This document shows, one piece after another, positions 25,801-38,882 of a DNA stretch of 64,000 nucleotides. Position 1 is the first letter of the stretch; the number at the start of each line of letters is the position of its first letter. The notes beneath the pieces were generated by a model. The model searched no databases. It was not told the DNA's origin and worked only from the letters and a program-made list of their open reading frames with translations. The position numbers were made by a program, and so were the translations under genes. The stretch spans positions 553,812 to 617,811 of the forward strand of contig NC_092675.1 of assembly GCF_964355755.1 (NCBI RefSeq). Direction: 5' to 3'. The stretch comes from Antedon mediterranea. Its lineage: Eukaryota; Animalia; Echinodermata.

Positions 25801-28800
25801 GTTCTCGTTCATTTTTCTTTCGATTCAGCTCATCCAGGCACTGTTCATATTCCATTTGAATTGCATCTCTCTTTTTAAGTACATTCTGGCAAAAAAAATT
25901 AAAGACTGTAAATAAATGTTGTATGCAATGTCTATTATACGTAAGCAATGTCATTATCATAGTTACAGTATCACCACGTCTGGCACGGGACCGAGAGACG
26001 TACGGCACGGGACTGAGAGTCGTATGGCACGGGACTGAGAGACGGCGTGGTATCAATTATGTTGATGACGTCATTTTATGTGTACGTAAAATCCAGGGAA
26101 CGTAAAATCAGGGTAGGTAAAACAAAGGTTCTACTGGTAACATGTATGACTACAATAAAAAGCAATTTGAACGCATAGTTAAAAGAGCTAAAAAATGCAT
26201 AAATGGAGATAATAATCTGCCTAGTGTTATGGAAATGTATGATAATCGAATTGAACAGAAAAGAATTGCAATTATGAACGACGATACTCATCCACTCCGT
26301 ACATCCTTCGTGTTTAATCGTACTGGGTGTAGACTAAGAGTACCATCAAGGTTACGGACAGCACGGTACCGACTGTCGTTTGTCCCACAATGCATATTTA
26401 AATATAATGACGATAAACACAAATAATTGTATTTTCGAACACCTGATAGCATTTATCCTTATCTGTACATATTTTACAGTACTGTGTATTTTACTTTGTG
26501 TTTTAACATTTTACTGATTTTATTCTATTTTTATATTAAGTTGCCATGAGAAAAACCAGTTTCAAATCTTTCGTTAATCAACTATTTGACAATAAAGTTA
26601 TCTTGTATACACAGGACAAATTTCATTTTAAAATTTTGGTTAGCAATATTGCTGATTTTTGAGTTGAGAAACATAGTTTTGCATTGTATTTTTTGCTACA
26701 AAATTTTAGAAATCTGTAGCAATAAGGTTGTTTTGTGTAGCTTCTTGCTATGCTAGTACACTGGCGAAATTATTCCCAGACACAAGTTCTGTATTGGGGT
26801 GCTAAGCACTGGCTCCAAGATGACTAAAAACACTGTATTAACAAATGACTTGTGAAACTAACTAAAAACCGACCAGTTGTTTCCAGTAATTTATCCAACA
26901 CTACATACAAAAATTGAAAAGAATTTTACTAATCAATTCCAATTATGAAATAATACATATATTCCAAGAAATAAAATACACACACTCCATCGTCATAAAT
27001 GATTCAATTTAAAAAAATATATTAAGTCATCATATACAAATATATATTTATTTGATATGCTATATCTGAAATGCAAAGTGAAATACAGTTTATGTTAGAA
27101 TATCTAATAGGTCATTAAATGGTACTAGATAATAGATTCCACATTTACTATCAAGTCATTTCTGTTTATTTGATGAAACACCTTTATAATGATGATATAT
27201 ATAATCTATAATGGTGCATATCATATAAAGTAGATTGAATAACACTTATATGATTTACAAAGGAGGATGCAGTCAAATAATTATAATTTTAAATAACATA
27301 ATGAAGGAATAATGCTAAATGGTTTCAAAGTGATTTTAATATTAAATAAAATCTATATTTATGAGAAAAAAAAACAGATGCTATTTATATTATTATTCTC
27401 CACACAGGAAAATCATATTTCATTAACTTTAAATTACACATTAGAAATTAGTTTTCCTGTTAAATTATAAAATAACCACTGTATAAGATGTACTACTGGT
27501 TTGCTGCTTGCTACATAAAGCTTAGAAATAAATAAGGCCAAAAAAATACTTGTTAAGTGTCACAACCCTCCCCTGATTTTTTTAAAATGTCAATGACCTA
27601 TAAAAATATAGTACTTTAAGATTAAAAAACCTTCCCACCCTCCCCTGAAATGTATTCAGAGGTCGACGCTTATCAAGTATGTTTTTTTATTTGGCTTTTT
27701 TTTATTCTTACTTTCATTGCATCAGCATATAAAACATACTCTTTTGACACAGGTGCAAATTCATCCATCTGAGTCACATTCTGAAAAAAAAAATTACGAA
27801 AATTTAAAAAAATAAAAATATATTTTTTGTGTTGTCTACACTATCAAACTAGTTTGACAAAAAAAGTGTGATGTGCCCAAATATGGTAGTGATATGACGT
27901 TATTGTGTCAATATATGGGCGCATTTTAGAGATTTTAGATAAGATACTCTATACTTCTGTGAATGATAAATGCACATAATGCATGGCTTAGAAAAATACA
28001 GTAAAACACCTGAAGTGGACAATTTTAGGACAGAACAGTGTCCCCTTAATAGGGTGTCAAAGTGTAGCATTAAAACATATATTGCCACTTGTTATTTCAA
28101 GGAACCATGTCCCCTTATTAGGAGTGTCACTTGAATGGCTGACTGTTCCAAAGAAGGTGTTCAACTGTATTGTTTCATTATATTATACTTTTAATCACCT
28201 TTTGGGAACAGGATCACTAAAAGATGTTTGAAAAATAATTAGCTTTACATCAATAACACAAAGATTTAAAGAGAATGTCATATCTATAGTATTTATTTCT
28301 AAAATACTATATGGAAATATTAACTACAGAGGGCACACTACAATTCACAAGAGTTTGATGTTATTATATTGGACAAGATAACCATTATTTGGCATTGAAC
28401 TTTGACCAGAGATAAATGTATAAAATATGTTCATTTTCATCCCAATTTCATGTAGCATTTTCCAACCCTGGCACTAGGCCTATATAACACTGTATATTTT
28501 AAAACAAACTTCTAATATAAACATATACAGTATAATACTAATGTATGTTTATCAAATTCTCCATACAATTCAATAATATGACAATCAAATAACATTTTGT
28601 GAATGAATACTAAATGACTGTGTAATATTAATGATAAACTATTACCTCAGTTTTAGTAGTTTCTGCACATTTCTCAAGGCATGTTGCTATACTATGTAAT
28701 ATATCACTGACATCTGTCTCTGAGTCTGACCAAAGTTCAAAGGCAGGAGCAAACGACTCAATATCACTTTGATACTCTGAAAAGAATTAATCAGAAAAGG

Positions 28801-31800
28801 AAAATATTACTTTACTGTTTTTGACAGGGTATAGTCCCAGGGGTCTGGGAAAAAAAATATGGTGAAAATTAGTCAATATTTAGACTAAATAAGGGTGTTT
28901 ATAATCGGAAATGTGAATAATGATAACCAATATTGTCACCCTAAAAAATTATTTGTTTACATTTTTGTCTTCTTTTATTAACCTTCATTTTTCATGTTTT
29001 TGGGTGACAATACATCTTTAAGTAATGATTTTCTATATTGCATTTATTAATTTTACTCAAACAAAAAAATAATCCATCACACTCAGGTACACAATATTAT
29101 AAATTCTACATTACACAACAAGGTATCACGCTTATAAAATTTAAATCTTTAAAGCTAAAATAAAATTAGCTTTTTACTAAATTATTAATTCTGATCGAAA
29201 CATAACCCTTCTATAAACTGGTTCATAACAATATAGAAAGGCAAAATAACATGGAATTTAATTCATTTTGAAAAAAATATGTTAACAATATGATGCCTGC
29301 TTTGTGAATCGATTTATTTTTGATAGTGCTTGATAATATGCCTAAATAAAATAATAAATAATTTAACTTTAGGGAAATGTATAGTAAATCAACTCAATTT
29401 TTTTTTCAGTTCAATTAATGAACACACCAATTTGTTCTTTAAAAATTCGCTGTGAAATTCTATCTACTGATGCCATCTTTTGGCCAAACTGGTCAACGTA
29501 ATCCGCCATAGTCGTGAATTCTGGACTGCGATTTCTAAGGCGATAAGATTCAGCTGTAGTCTTGACTGAAGTTCCAACACGGCTTACAAGACCTTTTGCA
29601 TATCTTCTATGTGTTTCAAGTTCCTATAAATAAAATAATAAATATTTAATATGATTTTTGTTATTCTTCATTCAGACTTTCACACACACATTAGTAACGT
29701 GTTCTGAATAATTGTTAAAGCATACACTTAGTACTGTTAAATCTAAAATACAGATAACTCTACCAAAATCAGAATTTTTCAAAAGTCCAACATTTGTGGA
29801 AAATATATATTTTGGTTCAGTCCCAATCAAGGGAGTATGGACAGTCCAAGAGTGTATGGCCAGTTCAAAGGTGTATGATTAGTTCAAGGGTGGAGGTCAG
29901 TCCAATCAAGGGTAGATAAGTCAGTCCAGTCAAGGGTGTATGGCCAGACCAAGAAAGAATTGGTCAGTTTAATCAAGAGTGTATGGCCAGTTCAAGGGTG
30001 TATGGTCAGTCTAATCTAATGATGTATGGTCAGTCTAAATGTGTATGGTCAGTCGAACAGTGTATGGTCAGTGAAAGAGTGTATGGTCAGTCGAACAGTG
30101 TATGGTCAATTGAACAGTGCATGGTCATTCCAAGTTTGCATGGTTTTGGAAGAGTTAACTGTATTGAAATATACCTTCTAGTCTAGTACTGTAAGACTTA
30201 CATTACTTTGAAAGAAGGGTATTACAGTACAAAAACATGCAAGTACAAAATCTGTAAGAATATATAGATAGTATTTAGTAGTTGGTAGTAGAAAACAAAT
30301 AATTTTACCCATGCCTTAGCCGTTAGAAAAATCTGGAAACTCTCATTGAATGACAATGTTGCATGTTCAGCGATTCTATTCAAAAATGAATTTAAAGCCG
30401 TTTCTCGCATGTCCAAGAATTCGGTGCTAAAACGGGAAAGACGTATATTTGTTTTTTCAGGTAATGGCTGGAAGAAATGAATTAAACAATATTAATTATA
30501 AAATGTATGACTTTTTTATTAAAACAAAACTACTAATTAACTGCACACAAGCAAATGGACTGAGAATATGGAGTTTATTTCATTCAACCCTTAATGGAAT
30601 TTCTAATAAATTAAGACACATATATACTAAAAAATGCTACAGAGGCTAGAATGGGTTGCAAGATCTTTAAAAATTACAAGGCCAATTTATATAGGCTTCT
30701 TAGGGTAGAGTAAGGTGGGTGCTAGTTGAAAATGAAGGTGGCAGGTAGTGACCATTGCAAACTCCAGAAACCACAATAATTCATGTAATAAATATGACAT
30801 GCTGGTCTTGTACATCTGCTGATATTAATGGGTTAAATTAAACACTGTGTTTAAGCCAATTTGGGATAATACACAGTAGAACCAAGAGGACACCTTTGGG
30901 ACCTTTGTCCTAGGTACTGGATGTCCCAAAAAGAGGGGTTCTTTACTGTAATCTTAAAATTAGATATTTGAAGACATTTTTTTATATACAGTAGACAAAA
31001 CTTACGGGTATAAAATGAGTTGGATGAGCCTGTGTGAGCTTTTGACGAAGCCACACAAAATCTTGGAAACGTCTTCTTACAGCAAATTCACTATTGTCAA
31101 AACAGCTTCTTGTTGTCTGTGAAAACACAATTAAGTTTAGTTACCAATGATAATAAAGGATAATGAAGAAATTAAAAATGTGATTGATGTTTAATGTAAA
31201 AAGAATTCTACTGTTGTGAACTAAGTAAAAACTTATTAGTTATTTAGGAGTTTTCGCCACAAGTAAGAAAACATTAACTTTAACGCTATTTCCCAAAATG
31301 CAACGTGTAAGCTCCGCTCACTTTATAAACAAATTGATCTGCGCGTGCCCAAGTTTTACAAAAAACTTTAGTTACGTGTGTCGAGAACCCTATTAATTAC
31401 AAGCCAACACTTTTACAAGGCTGACCTTAGTCGTTACTCTGTATGTAATGTACACATCAAAGTTTCCCGAATGTTTTTCACGATTATCAACAGTTACAAA
31501 TAAATCCTTGGCATCTGAATCTGTATCAACTTTGATTGAACCTGCAAGAGCTTTCGTTGATGCTGCATCACTCTCAGCGCCTCCTCCTGGTGGTGTTTTC
31601 CGACTGAAATTCTAAGAGAAAAGGTCAAATTGAACAAGATATTTTATCCACCAGTCAAGTACTTAGTAGCTTAGTATTGTACCAAACTTAGCTTAGTTAA
31701 CTTGCTGTTAAAGCAAACATCAACAGTAAGTAGGCCTATATATCGTTAATTTAGGAGATTTATCGCAACCTAAAAAAAACATCCCTCTTCTAGACTAGGC

Positions 31801-32428
31801 AAATGATGAGTAAAAAAATTTAAAAACTTGAAATTGCAGAAAAAAATCCTTGTTTGTGCAAGAAAATTTTTGCGGAATTTCAAATTAAGCAAGAAACTCT
31901 TTGCCGCTTGCATACTTTCAGTTTGCGCAAATCGTTCAAATTGCGCATTACATAAGCATTTTAACCGACCAATCAGAACTGTCTGAGCTGCACTGCTATA
32001 TAGGCCTAGCTACTCGCAATTACCTAGCTACAACTGCCCTCTCTAGCTAGCCTAGCTAGTACTAGCATAGCCTAGCTATATGGAGGGCTAGGCACTTGGC
32101 CTAGCCTTATACTAGTTTAGCCAAGTAGCCTAGCCTAGTATGTATTGTAAGTAGCCTAGGCCTAGAGTATCGGAGGTAAAGGCCTAGGCTAGTAGTAGTA
32201 GGCTAAGTCTAGTAGTAGACTAGCTAGGCCTGGCCCTAGCCTAGCCTAGCTATAATAATAAAGTATGAAAATTAAATTAATTAAAAATGACATTTACTAG
32301 AAGAACCGTAATCAATTTACCACAATGTCTACTTCTTCGTCTTCGTCTTCATCATACGATGGCATCCTCAAAGGATCTTTAAAACCATCTCTGTTTTGAT
32401 CGCCGCCTGCCATATCACCGTCCGCCAT
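19807..32428 (-). CDS. SNX30: Sorting nexin 30/7-type PX-BAR protein, 11 exons, ~481 aa
   Basis: In-frame GT-AG exons: 32428-32321, 31611-31426, 31116-31006, 30467-30309, 29623-29428, 28776-28646, 27780-27712, 25885-25799, 23471-23367, 20575-20423, 19947-19807 (1446 nt). PX domain [57 protein letters not shown]; BAR region [25 protein letters not shown] and [21 protein letters not shown]. Could be the SNX7/SNX30 co-ortholog. Confidence 0.9.
22514..22692. repeat. 57-60-bp tandem repeat, 3 copies
   Basis: taacaatgtttgccaaaatcgttattggtagtctgtttataaacaacgatcacattg. Confidence 0.9.
23140..23295. repeat. Degenerate (GAT)n microsatellite
   Basis: Runs of gatgatgat/gacgat/aataat. Confidence 0.8.
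24488..24668 (+). mobile_element. tRNA-headed SINE (family C), Deu/Nin-domain-like
   Basis: A-box-like tggccaagttgtt and B-box-like ggttccaggctc, then ggttctggtggtagaac...ggataaggacttataaaccgtaggtccagtgtacac...taaagaacctagtacatc. Homologous copies at 49406-49560 (-) and 50666-50910 (+), fragments at ~2596-2640 and ~58520-58610 (-). Confidence 0.75.
26131..26606 (+). mobile_element. 5'-truncated non-LTR retrotransposon (LINE) 3' end
   Basis: ORF 26142-26426 ...[43 protein letters not shown] resembles the post-RT C-terminal motif (HPL...RT.R...SF.P..I..LN) of CR1-group/Rex1-type LINEs. Followed by a T-rich 3' UTR and aataaa at 26591. Confidence 0.7.
27999..28167. mobile_element. Degenerate Tc1/mariner (pogo/Tigger-like) MITE; related copies at ~30873-30948, ~35492-35615 and ~46131-46292
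   Basis: ta|cagtaaaacacc...ggtgttcaactg|ta termini with internal gtgtcccctta/agaggt repeats. Confidence 0.55.
29815..30130. repeat. Degenerate ~20-bp minisatellite (gtgtatggtcagt...)
   Basis: More than 10 diverged gtgtatggtcagt/gtgtatggccagt units. Confidence 0.75.
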
Positions 32429-32600
32429 ATTGATACGGCCAACTAGACAAAATTGTAATTAGTACTGTATACTCTAAACACCCCGCGGTCGTTTCTTCAA
32501 CGAGTTTACTAAAGAGGGCGTACTTTGTAAACACAAAAAGTTATTCTCTACATACACGCATCACACACAAATATTTTAAAGGAAATTCTTAAAATAAATC
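32429..32600. promoter_or_regulatory. Compact bidirectional promoter and 5' UTRs shared by SNX30 (-) and INIP (+)
   Basis: Only 172 bp separate the divergent ATGs at 32428 and 32601; contains the CpG patch ccccgcggtcg. Confidence 0.7.
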
Positions 32601-33993
32601 ATGTCTACTCCCAGTCCAAGTGGAGGCCAAGGTTATTTTAAAAGACGAATTTTGCATTCTATTATTTTAGATATATCGGATTGAAATCAGTAAAAACTTA
32701 AATTTCTAGCCCTAGTACTAGGCTTAGGAAAGCCCAGCCTAATAATTAACTACGGGCCGAAACTAGCCCTCTCTGGCTGGGATATATAGTATAGGAGCAG
32801 ACTAGCTAGCTGGGTAGGCACATAATTATATCGCTAGTGTCATTATTGACTAGGCCTAGCTAAGCATGGTTGATGTTCTTTCAATTATCAGGCTTACTGA
32901 ATCTCTTATTTATTCAAACAAACAGAACAACAGAATTTAACAATATTGGAGAATTTAAGAATGAAAAAGATGCGGATGATGCAGGGACCACTTCCAAACA
33001 CCGGCGGGTATGTATATGGCGATGTACCAATAAACTATGCTATCTATTTCTAATTGCAATATGTTACATTACCTTTAGTTTATCATTATCTTCCTTTGTA
33101 TTGTACAGTACTACCATACTTCTTGTTATTTTTATGATGATAAATAAAAATGAATACTTTTTTTTAATATATTTTGTTTCAGTGGAAGTTCTACTGCAAG
33201 TAGTGTACCTTCTAACCAGGGAAAGGTTAATTATCCGGCCAGGTCAATAGTACGTCTCAACTTAATCTCAACATACAGTGCTGTACTAATATAATACTAC
33301 TGTACAGACTTACCATATGTTTTTTTGTACGCATTGTTTGTCATCGATCAAAGATGTTATCCGCTTCGTAAAAAAGGCGTATGTCAGATGGTGTGAAATA
33401 TTTCTAAATTAATCAATTTATAAACCAATAGATGCACTGACTATGTTTAAAAACATGTTTTAATCTTTATTAGATCATTCTTGATGATCCAACAAGATGG
33501 AATGTTGAATCATGACTTTTATTATTTGGTTGGTTTTATCTAACCAACACAGTAATTTTATTTTAATTAGGCAACAAGAGATCCATCTGAAGCTCATCAT
33601 TCAGCTATGCAACAAAAACAAGCTTTACAGGTGATTATCATGTAAAGCTCTACACTATCAAACTTTATGTTGAAATGTGATGTGCCCAAATATGGTAGTG
33701 ATATGACATCATCATGTCCATATATGGGCACATCACATTTTTTCCCCACAAAGTTTGATAGTGTAGACAGAGCTTAAGGTTAATCAGAGTACACACAAAT
33801 TTAAATGCGATGGTCGAATAATCTAAATGTTGATGTTATTGTTTTAGTATAGAAGAGAATTTATATTATTATTAATAAATTTTAATTTTTACAGCACGCC
33901 CAATCAAATTCTTTTGCATACTATGTTACCCAGGATTCATCATTCGGTAATTTAATACTTCCTGTGATACCAAGACTACCTGCTCCAGAATGA
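32601..33993 (+). CDS. INIP: INTS3- and NABP-interacting protein (SOSS complex subunit C), 5 exons, ~104 aa
   Basis: Exons 32601-32631, 32926-33007, 33183-33225 (alternative in-frame donor after 33249), 33571-33630, 33895-33993. The C-terminus QQKQALQHAQSNSFAYYVTQDSSFGNLILPVIPRLPAPE* matches recalled human INIP QQKAALQHAHAHSSGYFITQDSAFGNLILPVLPRLDPE. Not called by the ORF track. Confidence 0.92.
33646..33774. mobile_element. MITE family A copy in INIP intron 4, TAA target duplication
   Basis: taa|agctctacactatcaaac...gtttgatagtgtagacagagct|taa. Confidence 0.85.
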
Positions 33994-34217
33994 AGGCTTA
34001 CTATAAGCCAAACAGACATTGAAATCATCGTTATCCACCCAATGGAACCCTCCAGTTCGTGTGATACAGGATATTGCCGAGGTCTACTGTAAACTTTGGA
34101 GATGGCTAAAGTTGGGTCTGAAGTTTCTAAGCTGTGGAGCTTGTGTATTTGGCCAATTAAAAACCATTAATTCAGTCGTTTATAGTAATGATGTTTTGAG
34201 ATGGTCCCTGAACAATT

Positions 34218-34367
34218 ACTACCAACATTTGCTGGACATTGCAGGACAATGATATATCACTGGATTTACTACCAACATTTGCTGGACATTGCAGGACAAT
34301 GATATATCACTGGATTTACTACCAACATTTGCTGGACATTGCAGGACAATGATATATCACTGGATTT
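34218..34367. repeat. 50-bp tandem repeat, 3 copies, in the INIP 3' region
   Basis: actaccaacatttgctggacattgcaggacaatgatatatcactggattt. Confidence 0.9.
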
Positions 34368-37300
34368 TAACATTCAACATTGGTTTGTATTCAGCATATA
34401 CCTGTAGTGTACAGTAATTGCAATTAAATAATGTGAATACAACAATATGGTGTTATTGTTTTGTATCCAAACTCCCTTCATAGTAGCAATAGAGCCACTA
34501 CACGGGAAGGATGGCAATAGGACGCACCAACCATCAAACCATTTGTAAACGCATGTAAAAAACAAAATATTGAAATAAACACTTGTTTACCACAGTGTGA
34601 ACGGAGATTTAATAGCATATCTACAAACAGAGACTAAGCATTTCCATTATAATTGAAAACAAACCCAACGATGTGTAAATTATCAAAAATAGAAAATGTT
34701 TTCATTACAGTAGCTATACAGATGAATGGATTATTTTCAATTAAAACAATTTAATTACGAATTTACATAACATCTAAATTTTCATTACAATCACAACAGA
34801 TATTTTATTTAAATTAAACCAGTTTCTTTATAAGTAAAGGTATTAGAAAATGTTGTTCCAAGCTAGTTGAGTGAGAATTTTTAATTTGGAAGGAAACTTC
34901 AGAAGAAAATCTATGAACATTAAACAATTATAAACTCAATTTTATAGGAATATATAGAGTTTTACCAATTAATTTAATTGTGATACAATTATCACAATTA
35001 AATAAATTGTGATAAAATACAAACTAGTTATGCTATTTACTCAACTTGCCTACAAAGCAATGTATTTTTATGATTACAATAAATTGTAGATACACACAAT
35101 GTTTTAACTATTTTTGTTCAAAAACTAACTAATGATGAACATTGTTTTTTAATTGCTTAATAAAAACCTATTACAAATACATAATACATTTTTAACATTG
35201 CATAGGGAATACACTACACACTTTCTAAACAAACATTTCTTTTGGTCAAAAATTAAAAACGTATACAAAGTAATACGTTTTTAATTATTATTATTTACAA
35301 CTGGATAAACATTGAATATCTAGTTGGTTTTGCATGCCACGATTACACTATTATTTTATTTGTGCATCTGTTTTTTTTATGTGATATGTATTGTTTGGTA
35401 GAGAGCATAGAGTGGTTTTGGTCTGAGGTTTGATACATCTGATGGTGATGGTACAGAACGAAAAGTGGGAATCATAATGCAAAGTTAAATGCAGTAGAAT
35501 CTCTATTAAGAGGACACCTTTAGAAGCCAATTGTGCCTTTAAAAGAGGTTGGTCGTACAAGTTAAAACACATCACTTGTTCATGGAAAAGTGTCATCTTA
35601 ATAGAGGTAATACTGTATAACATAATTTGTATTCACATCCCAACAGAACATGGATGAATTGCGATTAAAAAGAGTGAGGAAGGGGGATATTTGACACAAG
35701 ATTTCATACAGAAGTACTCCTATTAATTATTTAGAACCTAACAAAGTTGTTATTAATAGAGGTGTCGCCTGAGGGTTGGTTGTAGTTTCATAACACTGGC
35801 CCTCGTTTGTTGGGTGTCCAAAAAGAGGTGTTCAATTGTATATAAAAGATACACCAAAAAGAACCCATTAAATTGAAATTAATCTTATAACATTGCATCA
35901 GTGATTCGTTCTGTTTCGCTCTTTACAGTTAGATTTATTCAAAGATTTCCGTAAAAACAACTACTCTTATGGTAAAAATGATATTGAATGTATGAAGTAA
36001 AAATAGTCTATTGAATTTGCAATTCACAATAGTACTGATTTTATTTCTAAAATCTGATAAGTAGGTAGGGTAGTATAAAAATGTATGTGTTTGGTATAGA
36101 CAACATTCTACTAGCAAATTAACATAAGACACCTGGTTACCATACAGTTACTCCACTAAAATACCCTGGAAAACAAATGTTACACTGGTGAAACACAAAC
36201 ACCCTGTTGAGTAAACTAAAACATTTTCAGGTTTGTTATTTTCAAGAAAATTTAAGGACCCTCCGTATATTGCCACAACTGTATATGGTATTTTCATTAA
36301 ATAACTGGTTGTTCTATAACACAGTAAAGTTGTTAGACGAAAATGATCAACAATAAACAAATAAAAACACATTTTTCCTACAAAAAACGAAAGAAATTAG
36401 AAGTTTTCATCCTAAAATTATAGGATACTACAATAATAAAGTCATGACATCATGATCAATTAAATAATAAACTTCATATGAAATGATTATATCATTCTTA
36501 TTGATCATGACATCATTTGATTGGATTTTTAAAAATATTACAATATTACGACAACAGTATAAAGGTTGTTAAGTTCTAGGATGAAAACTGATTTATCTAT
36601 TTATCACGTTGATCATTATCTTCCATCCATGGTATAAACTGGTGTTTAGGCATTGTTTATTTTTAGCAATGCAATTCTTCCAAGAATGAAAAGCTCTGTC
36701 TACACTATCAAAATAGTTTGACCCAAATATGGTGGTAGTGATATGACATCATCATGTCCATATATGGGCACAGAGATTGAACGTTAATAATCAACCATTA
36801 TGATTGATGTCAGACTTGTTCTTAAAATCTAAACTGGAATGGTTATGTATACTGTTCTCATTGCCTCTGTCTGGAAGACTATTTTAAACTTACATCTACA
36901 TGGAATTATCACATTCTTCTGTAATTAAGACATAATTAAATAAACTATCCAAAACACTAGTGTTTGTGTCCAGTGTTTGGTTCCAGAATACATTTTAATT
37001 AGGAAAGAATTTGAGGAAATTCTGATAGTTTCCATAGAGTGTAGTGTCATAATATACAAATAATGAATGTTTAACGAACCGTTCAATAGTGCTTACTATT
37101 GCACGCCATGTGACTCACAATCCAGTCCAATCAAATTACAGGAATTTATTTTGGTGTAATATAATATAGATGGATGCATAATACAGAGAAAACCATGAAT
37201 TAACAGACTATACATTCAACCAGTACGCTAATGTTATTTTTTTTGCAACTTGCCTTGCCACATTTTACATTAGCAACACATTTCATGTCACTTTAGATTA

Positions 37301-38548
37301 AAGTTGAACCTTACTTGTAACACAAAAAACCCAAAAGAAATGCTTTGTAGAACTAAATAAACTTAAGTTTAAACCTACACATATCTGTGTGTAAATCAAG
37401 CTAATTAAAAGGAATAATGTGCTCATTTTGATCAAGCACATCTCATCTATGTAGATTTTTCTAAATGATAAATGTGTTTTTCTTATAGGGTTATATTATC
37501 ATACTACACAACATAGCTATACTTCTTATTCTAATCCCACAAATAACTAATTTTAAGTACAGTACTCTGCCAATTAGTTAAAACACAACTGGATTTTGAC
37601 TGACTGATGCTTATTATTAGGAGAATAAAGATTTGAATGTAGAAAGGGGCTTTGTTCTTCAACGAAATTAAGAATAAACGATCTAGAGGATCAACTATTT
37701 ATTCTAATGTATTTTTAAAGAGATTTTGGATACTGCAACTTAAATCATTGTATTTTTATCGTGGAAATTTAAATATGAATATACAAATCAAAATGTAATT
37801 ATTATTTTTCATTCTTGTGTTCGTTCAAACATTAAATCCACAAATATACAGTATTTAAACAGTTTAACCTGTCAATAAAGATAGAGGTTTACATCAGTTG
37901 GACACAAGGAGATTAAAAATCAACCATCTACACTATTTAGATCAAGTGATATCAAATATTCATTTTATAGTATTTTATAGGAACAGATACTTCAGATTCT
38001 GTAATCTGATCAGTGAAAAATAATAATATACTGTACATTTACCTAGTAAATAATTAATCTATAAATGGAAAGGTAACACAAACAAATGACAAATTCATTT
38101 CCTTTTAAGTTTAAATTTGAAACATTTCAAACATGGTATACTAATTGTGAATTATATATTTTGACAAACTTAAACAAAAATAATAAAACAAATTTCTAAA
38201 AAAAAGAAAATCAACATCAACATTTTTAGCATTAATGATCTTTAAAAACATGTTGGCTGAATACACACACACATATTTTAATTTCATAAACATAAAATTC
38301 TAAATAAACAAATACATCTTTTCTGTCACATTATTATAAGCATACTAAGGTTCAACAGTAATACTCTAAAAAAATAAGTGAAATTTACTTTTAAAACCCA
38401 GAAATGAATTAAAAGGTACAAACTTAAATCTAATGACAGAACATGAGTCAATTAATTAAGGTCCTAACAAACATAGGCATATATTTAGTAGTTTTCAAAA
38501 CACAAGAAATTTCAGAAGATAGTTAATGTAATGAGAAAAAGGTACTAC

Positions 38549-38882
38549 AGGCCCATTTACACATAAATAAATATGTATTTTTCCTACATAAACAAATAAT
38601 CCTAACTATAGGATGATCATCTATGCTTTCTTTGATGAAAATAATATTTTTACACATCCAATCAAATGACATCATGATTGATAAGAGCAATAATATCGTC
38701 ATTTGATTGGGTTTAAAAAAATATTATTTTTATCAAAGACAGCATAAATTATTATTCTATAGTTCTAGAGTGAAAACCTTTCCTTTGTTTTATGTAAGAA
38801 AAATGCATGCTTATCTATTTATCGTCCTAGTGTAAATGGGCCTTAAGGGTTATCTATTTATCGTCCTAGTGTAAATGGGCCT
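38549..38882. mobile_element. Harbinger-like MITE (TIR AGGCCCATTTACAC) with tandemly duplicated right end; diverged relative at ~36360-36610
   Basis: aggcccatttacac at 38549; gtgtaaatgggcct ending at 38843 and again at 38882 (39-bp duplication). Confidence 0.7.

Noticed and set aside
26142-26426. Independent 94-aa gene nested in SNX30
   Set aside because: Matches the C-terminal tail of a LINE ORF2, 5'-truncated, with no RT core.
32870-33250. 126-aa ORF with a hydrophobic segment
   Set aside because: Overlaps INIP exons 2-3 in a different frame and runs through an AT-rich intron; the spliced INIP model explains the region.
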